A stretch of 42,302 nt of DNA from an uncultured Chlamydiae bacterium (GTDB lineage Bacteria; Chlamydiota; Chlamydiia; Chlamydiales; SM23-39). Below are positions 37,952 to 42,302 of the stretch, piece after piece. The stretch spans positions 1 through 42,302 of the forward strand of contig CALBPE010000053.1 of assembly GCA_937899275.1 (NCBI GenBank), written 5' to 3'. The position numbers and the translations under genes were made by a program. The notes beneath the pieces were generated by a model. That model was not told where the DNA came from, made no database searches, and saw nothing but the letters and a program-made list of their open reading frames with translations. Every line of letters begins with the position of its first letter. Within the stretch, counting starts at the first letter, position 1.

Positions 37952-39243
37952 GAGCGGTTTTTCCATTTTTCTTCGATCACCTTGCAAGCATCTTGGAGCG
38001 TAATCACTTCTTGCGTTCGCGTCTTCATATGTTTGCATTGCAGAGTTCCTTGTTTTTTTTCATCTTCTCCCAAAAGGAGCGTGTAGGTGGCTTCCAATTG
38101 ATTGGCTCTTTTCAACTGCTCTTGGATCTTTTTTCCTGTAAGGTCAATTTCTGCGGGGATCTTTAGATCCCTAAGCGCTTTTGTCAGCAGGAAAAGCGGT
38201 TTGATGCAAGAGCTGTGTAAAGGGGCAAAAAATACAAAAGGAGCTTTTTTAGGGGGAAATAGACAGTTTTGAGCAAGCATCGTTTGAATCACCCGCTCTA
38301 TTCCTGTGCCAAATCCTGTCCCTGGTAGATCTTGTCCTGAGAAAAGCTTGGGAAATCCATCGTATCTTCCCCCTGCGCCAATCGCATTTTGCGAGCCTAT
38401 ACCGGGTGCTGTGATCTCAAACACAGTTTTTTGGTAGTAATCTAAACCGCGCACAATGCGGGGGTTGATCTCGTAGGAGATGCCTAAAGCTTCTAAATGG
38501 GACTGCACGCCCATAAAGTGGGCTTTTGCATCGGGAGATAAATAATCTAAAATTGAAGGGGCGTTTTTTAAAATCTCTTGATCTTCTTCCGCTTTTGTAT
38601 CCAAAATGCGGAGGATGTTTTCAGAAAATCGGATTGTACTTTCCTTAGACAGTTTCGGTAGATAAGGCTCTAGATACGACTTTAACGCCTTTTTATATGC
38701 CTCTCTTGAGGGGATGTCTCCTACAGAATTGAGGTGTAAAGAAAGGCCCTTTAGTCCTAAGTCTTGGTAGAAAGAGAGCAAAAGATCGATGATCTCTACA
38801 TCTTGTTCTGCGCTACTGCTGCCCAAAACTTCAACGCCAAACTGGTGGTGCTGGCGGTACCTACCCGCTTGGGGTTTTTCATACCGAAACATAGGAGCAA
38901 AATAAAAGAGCTTATGCACCTTTCTTTCTTGAAATAAACTTTTTTCAAAAAAAGCGCGAAGTAGCGCCGAAGTGCCTTCAGGCCTTAAGGCAAGAAGCCG
39001 CTTTTTTTTATCTTCAAAGGTGTACATTTCTTTTGAAACAATATCGCTTGTCGAGCCGATGCCTACAGAAAAAACGCCTGCATGTTCAAAGATGGGCGTG
39101 CGTATTTCTTCAAAGCCGTATAGTTCCGCCTTAGATCGAAGGGCATTTTCTACATAACTCCACAAATGAGAATGCGCCCACGGCTCCTTTGCTCCGTAGG
39201 GTAAAATGTCGAATAGTCCTTTTGCAATAGTGTATTTCTTCAT
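37948..39243 (-). CDS. hisS: Histidine--tRNA ligase
   Basis: LRPEGT, MFRYEKPQAGRYRQHHQFGVE, VRGLDYY, GGRYDG, GFGTGIER. Confidence 0.97.
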   Translation of the reverse strand: MKKYTIAKGLFDILPYGAKEPWAHSHLWSYVENALRSKAELYGFEEIRTPIFEHAGVFSVGIGSTSDIVSKEMYTFEDKKKRLLALRPEGTSALLRAFFEKSLFQERKVHKLFYFAPMFRYEKPQAGRYRQHHQFGVEVLGSSSAEQDVEIIDLLLSFYQDLGLKGLSLHLNSVGDIPSREAYKKALKSYLEPYLPKLSKESTIRFSENILRILDTKAEEDQEILKNAPSILDYLSPDAKAHFMGVQSHLEALGISYEINPRIVRGLDYYQKTVFEITAPGIGSQNAIGAGGRYDGFPKLFSGQDLPGTGFGTGIERVIQTMLAQNCLFPPKKAPFVFFAPLHSSCIKPLFLLTKALRDLKIPAEIDLTGKKIQEQLKRANQLEATYTLLLGEDEKKQGTLQCKHMKTRTQEVITLQDACKVIEEKWKNRS

Positions 39244-39412
39244 AGGAAGTTTAGTATATCTCTCTAAGTGGAAAACCGCAAGAAGAGCCTATGTAAAATC
39301 TACTGCTACATGTACGCAAAAAACCCTTGTGTAGAGATTGCATATAATAGGCGAATTCAGCGAAAATAGGCTAATTATCTTAACTAGAAACAGCGATTTA
39401 TCCCCATTTTTT

Positions 39413-40825
39413 ATGAAAACTCCGAAAAAACACCTGAATATTTTTTTACTTTCTATGATCAATATATCGGCGATTTGCAGTATCCGCAATTGGCCTGTAG
39501 CTGCTGAATATGGATTTTCGTCTCTTTTTCTCATTGTTCTTGCCGCGTTGATCTTTTTTATTCCCGTTGCCTTAGTATCCGCAGAACTTGCGACAGGTTG
39601 GCCTGAAGAGGGGGGCATTTTCGTCTGGGTAAAAGAGGCCTTTGGTCATAAAATGGGGTTTTTATCCATTTGGTATCTATGGATGACGAACATCCCATGG
39701 TACCCTACTTTGCTGTCGTTTATTGCGACAACCATCGCTTTTGTAATTGCTCCAAGCTGGGTCAACCATCCCTATTATATTTTTGGGACAACGCTGATCT
39801 TGTTTTGGTCTGCTACTGCGTTAAATCTTTGTGGGATGAAAATCTCTGGCTGGCTTAGCACAATTGCTGTCCTTGTAGGCACAATTTTGCCAGGTATTGT
39901 GATGATTGCTTTGGCAAGCCACTACTGGATGTCTGGAGCTCCTTTACAAATTACTGTTTCTTGGAGCGCATTTTTCCCCAAAGTACATAGCGTTCAAGAT
40001 CTTGTGTTTTTAACAGGAATTCTATTTTCTTTTGCAGGTATTGAAATGTCTTCTGTACATGCAAATGACGTGGAAAATCCGCAAAGATCCTATCCAAGGG
40101 CGATTTTTTTATCCGCTTCGATGATTCTACTGATATCGGCTCTTGGCGCTTTATCCATAGCGATGGTGATTCCGCAAGAAAAAATCCATTTTACTTCAGG
40201 AGCGCTCGATAGTTTGTCCTATTTTTTCGAGGCCTACCATATCTCTTTTTTACTGCCTTTATTCGCTGCATGTATTGCGATAGGCTCTTTTGGTCAGATG
40301 AGTACATGGATTGCAGGTCCAAGTAAAGGGCTTTTAGCTGCAGCAAAACAGGAAGATCTTCCTGCAGTTTTACTCAAAACTAATGCTAAAGGTATGCCAG
40401 TTGGACTTTTAGTAGCGCAGGGCCTTGTCGTCTCTTTTTTAGCCTTAGTATTTGTTTTTATGCCCTCAATCAACAGCTCTTTTTGGCTTTTAACCGCGCT
40501 GACTGCTCAGTATTACCTTCTTCTTTACATCTTGATGTTTGCAGCAGCAATTTACCTTCGCTACAAAAAAAACGATGTACCGAGAAGCTACCGAGTACCA
40601 GGAGGCAAAACGGGATTGACGCTCATATCTGCCTTGGGAATGCTCAGCTCAACTATCTTTTTTCTTGTAGGGTTTATTCCTCCCTCTCAAATTGAGACGG
40701 GAAGCGTTTTTTTCTATGAAATGTTTCTAGTTCTCGGAATGATCATAGGGAGTTTGATTCCAAGCCTTCTGATGTTTTTCAAAAAGTCTTCTATGAAAAC
40801 AGCTGCAAATGCGAATGTATTGTAG
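39413..40825 (+). CDS. APC-superfamily amino acid permease (GadC-like)
   Basis: FFIPVALVSAELATGWPEEGG, FAGIE, ENPQRSYPRA, WIAGPSKGL; about 12 TM helices. Start placed at MKTPKK. Confidence 0.92.
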   Translation: MKTPKKHLNIFLLSMINISAICSIRNWPVAAEYGFSSLFLIVLAALIFFIPVALVSAELATGWPEEGGIFVWVKEAFGHKMGFLSIWYLWMTNIPWYPTLLSFIATTIAFVIAPSWVNHPYYIFGTTLILFWSATALNLCGMKISGWLSTIAVLVGTILPGIVMIALASHYWMSGAPLQITVSWSAFFPKVHSVQDLVFLTGILFSFAGIEMSSVHANDVENPQRSYPRAIFLSASMILLISALGALSIAMVIPQEKIHFTSGALDSLSYFFEAYHISFLLPLFAACIAIGSFGQMSTWIAGPSKGLLAAAKQEDLPAVLLKTNAKGMPVGLLVAQGLVVSFLALVFVFMPSINSSFWLLTALTAQYYLLLYILMFAAAIYLRYKKNDVPRSYRVPGGKTGLTLISALGMLSSTIFFLVGFIPPSQIETGSVFFYEMFLVLGMIIGSLIPSLLMFFKKSSMKTAANANVL

Positions 40826-40848
40826 ATCTACGTAGCCGCTAGCTTATG

Positions 40849-40879
40849 AAAAAGCCTATGCAGTACAAATGCATAGGCT
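40849..40879 (-). terminator. Intrinsic terminator-like hairpin with its U-tract on the minus strand
   Basis: AGCCTATGCA-gtacaaa-TGCATAGGCT 10-bp stem (40853-40879), preceded by an A-run on the plus strand. Confidence 0.65.
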
Positions 40880-40925
40880 AAATTGAATTCTTAAATATCT
40901 CAAAATTAACATCTTAAAATTTTAC

Positions 40926-40955
40926 TTGAAAGTTCTGTATCCTTAAAGATACAAT
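40926..40955 (+). promoter_or_regulatory. TA operon promoter with overlapping palindromic operator
   Basis: TTGAAA, 18-nt spacer, TACAAT. The operator TGTATC-cTTAAa-GATACA (40936-40953) overlaps the spacer and -10 box. Confidence 0.72.
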
Positions 40956-40963
40956 AAGTTTGC

Positions 40964-41080
40964 ATGGAAGAGATCGCAATTACAGTTTACGAAACAGCGA
41001 CAGGTAAGCGACCTTTTCAAAGTTGGTTGGAGCGGTTCAAACGATGGCAAGAAGTAAAAAATATCAAGATTTTCTTTTAG
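40964..41080 (+). pseudogene. Internally deleted RelE/ParE-like addiction module toxin (HI1419-like) remnant
   Basis: Translates to MEEIAITVYETATGKRPFQSWLERFKR..., matching the Y-x-T-x-x-G-K-x-P-F-x-x-W-L toxin N-terminus, then runs out of frame into the antitoxin and stops at 38 aa. Confidence 0.78.
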
Positions 41081-41346
41081 AGCAACTTCAGGATCATGAT
41101 TTTGCTGTGGCTTATTTAAATGAAGCATTAAATGAGAGCTTAAAAGGAGATGCAGAATCTCAACAGCTTTTTCTTATGGCTCTTCGCAATGTTGCGGATG
41201 CACAAGGCGGGATTAGTGTTCTGGCTAAAAAGGCTCATCTTGGCCGAGAGAGCCTTTACAAGACTCTTTCAGGTACAGGCAATCCTAAATGGCACACCCT
41301 TGTTTCTTTGGTGATTGCTTTAGGATTGAATCTACGATTAACCTAA
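41044..41346 (+). CDS. Addiction module antitoxin, Xre-type HTH (HI1420-like)
   Basis: AYLNEAL, FLMALRNVADAQGGISVLAKKAHLGRESLYKTLSGTGNP. Start placed at ATG 41044. Confidence 0.92.
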   Translation: MARSKKYQDFLLEQLQDHDFAVAYLNEALNESLKGDAESQQLFLMALRNVADAQGGISVLAKKAHLGRESLYKTLSGTGNPKWHTLVSLVIALGLNLRLT

Positions 41347-41465
41347 GACCCGCATCCTTTAAGTTCCTTCAGCCTGGATATTTTTTCAGTTTCTGATTGA
41401 TGCGAAAGTAGATGCAGTACATGTGGGAGAGAGGAGGGAGATAGAAAAGTCCATGTAAAGCTGTT

Positions 41466-42077
41466 TTACCAGTCTCTAGAGATTTTCTTTAGCAGGTCTT
41501 TGAGTAGTCTTGTCCATCTGGCTAGATGGGAGTTTATCGGATTTTTTTTGTGCTCTAGATGCAGGTCTTGCAACATATCCATGAAGGGAAAAGGGATCCA
41601 ATCAGCTCCTGCGTATTCAATAAGGTAGTAGCCAAGAGTATGCTCGATATCTTCGGGGTATTCATGGATTTTGGCGATAAAAGATTCAATGGCCTTATAT
41701 AATCGAACGTGTTTTTTAAATTGTCCGGAGTGTTCTAAAAATTGATGCCACCAAGTAGAGATCTTATTGAGATAAGCTACGTCTTGACTGTAGTCTTCTA
41801 CTTTGAGTTTTTCAAATGCGGATAGAAGCTGCTTTAAGTCGAATTCTATCGAGTTTTCTGTAATCTGATGAGAGATTGTATGCTCGTTTTTGGATTGGAG
41901 ATAAAAAGTGGCGATGTTTTCTAATGTAGTAAAAAAATGGGCAAAGAGCGCTTTCTTTTTTTCTTCAGGCTGCTCTTCAAATAGGTTCGGTTTTTTTTGT
42001 CTAGATTCATCTTTTTCAATAGGACTAATGCGGATATCTTCGTAAGGGTCATGTGGAGGGGGAGGGCCAGATACCAT
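41466..42077 (-). CDS. Hypothetical protein
   Basis: 203-aa ATG-started ORF with a Pro-rich N-terminus and a GADWIPFPF segment; function not recognised. Confidence 0.75.
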   Translation of the reverse strand: MVSGPPPPHDPYEDIRISPIEKDESRQKKPNLFEEQPEEKKKALFAHFFTTLENIATFYLQSKNEHTISHQITENSIEFDLKQLLSAFEKLKVEDYSQDVAYLNKISTWWHQFLEHSGQFKKHVRLYKAIESFIAKIHEYPEDIEHTLGYYLIEYAGADWIPFPFMDMLQDLHLEHKKNPINSHLARWTRLLKDLLKKISRDW

Positions 42078-42236
42078 AGAGTCACCGATTTTTCCCCTTG
42101 TTTACTATAAGCGGTTATTTAAGGAAATGATAACTTGGCTTACAATGAGACAATTTTTTTTGGGCTTAGAGCTTTTTTCAAATTGAGCTATTTTCTAGCG
42201 AAGCGCTCCAGATATATGTTCTATTGTTACGAATGA

Positions 42237-42266
42237 TTGACAAAAGCCGCTAGGATCGATCATTAT
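42237..42266 (+). promoter_or_regulatory. Candidate promoter for a gene beyond the right edge of the window
   Basis: TTGACA, 18-nt spacer, CATTAT, then AAGG and GTG at 42298. Confidence 0.35.
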
Positions 42267-42302
42267 TAAAGATTAAAGAATCCTTAAAGGTATTTCCGTG
42301 AG

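Noticed and set aside
41386..41454. 22-codon minus-strand ORF MDFSISLLSPTCTASTFASIRN in a purine/pyrimidine-skewed tract
   Set aside because: Too short, with no RBS or motif; could be a gene remnant but cannot be supported from sequence alone.
1..42302. tRNA, rRNA, CRISPR array, transposase/integrase or prophage genes
   Set aside because: No cloverleaf/T-loop signatures, spaced repeat arrays or mobile-element proteins seen by eye; intergenic gaps are short. A covariance-model scan would be needed to exclude small RNAs.

Overview
A gene-dense window from an environmental member of the phylum Chlamydiota. The evidence is euo, a giant fused secDF, chlamydial-type ispF, a flavodoxin-less cysJ, Asp-type MurA, and chlamydial gene blocks (tsp/gltX/euo/recJ/secDF/uppS/cdsA/cmk/plsC, trxA/trmL/aspS/hisS, lpdA/lipA, glgC/metallophosphoesterase). 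Most of it is housekeeping. The accessory or odd parts are: (1) a membrane HAMP class III adenylate cyclase tightly coupled to a sensor-less histidine kinase; (2) pseudopilin-like genes with Pro at -1, split by an OPT transporter; (3) a ~3.3 kb single-frame effector-like gene (10063-13392) that the ORF track splits at in-frame stops, with its own sigma66-like promoter, degenerate internal repeats and an 11-bp direct repeat on both sides; (4) a cmk-plsC fusion; (5) in-frame TAA stops in recJ and plsC, each inside a short patch of many single-base deviations from family consensus, most likely local sequencing errors; (6) a type II TA locus whose toxin is internally deleted while promoter, operator and antitoxin remain; (7) an unannotated 46-aa lipoprotein. 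I saw no rRNA, tRNA, CRISPR array or transposase. All family calls come from motif recognition by eye, and C. trachomatis gene orders are recalled from memory; no database searches were run.
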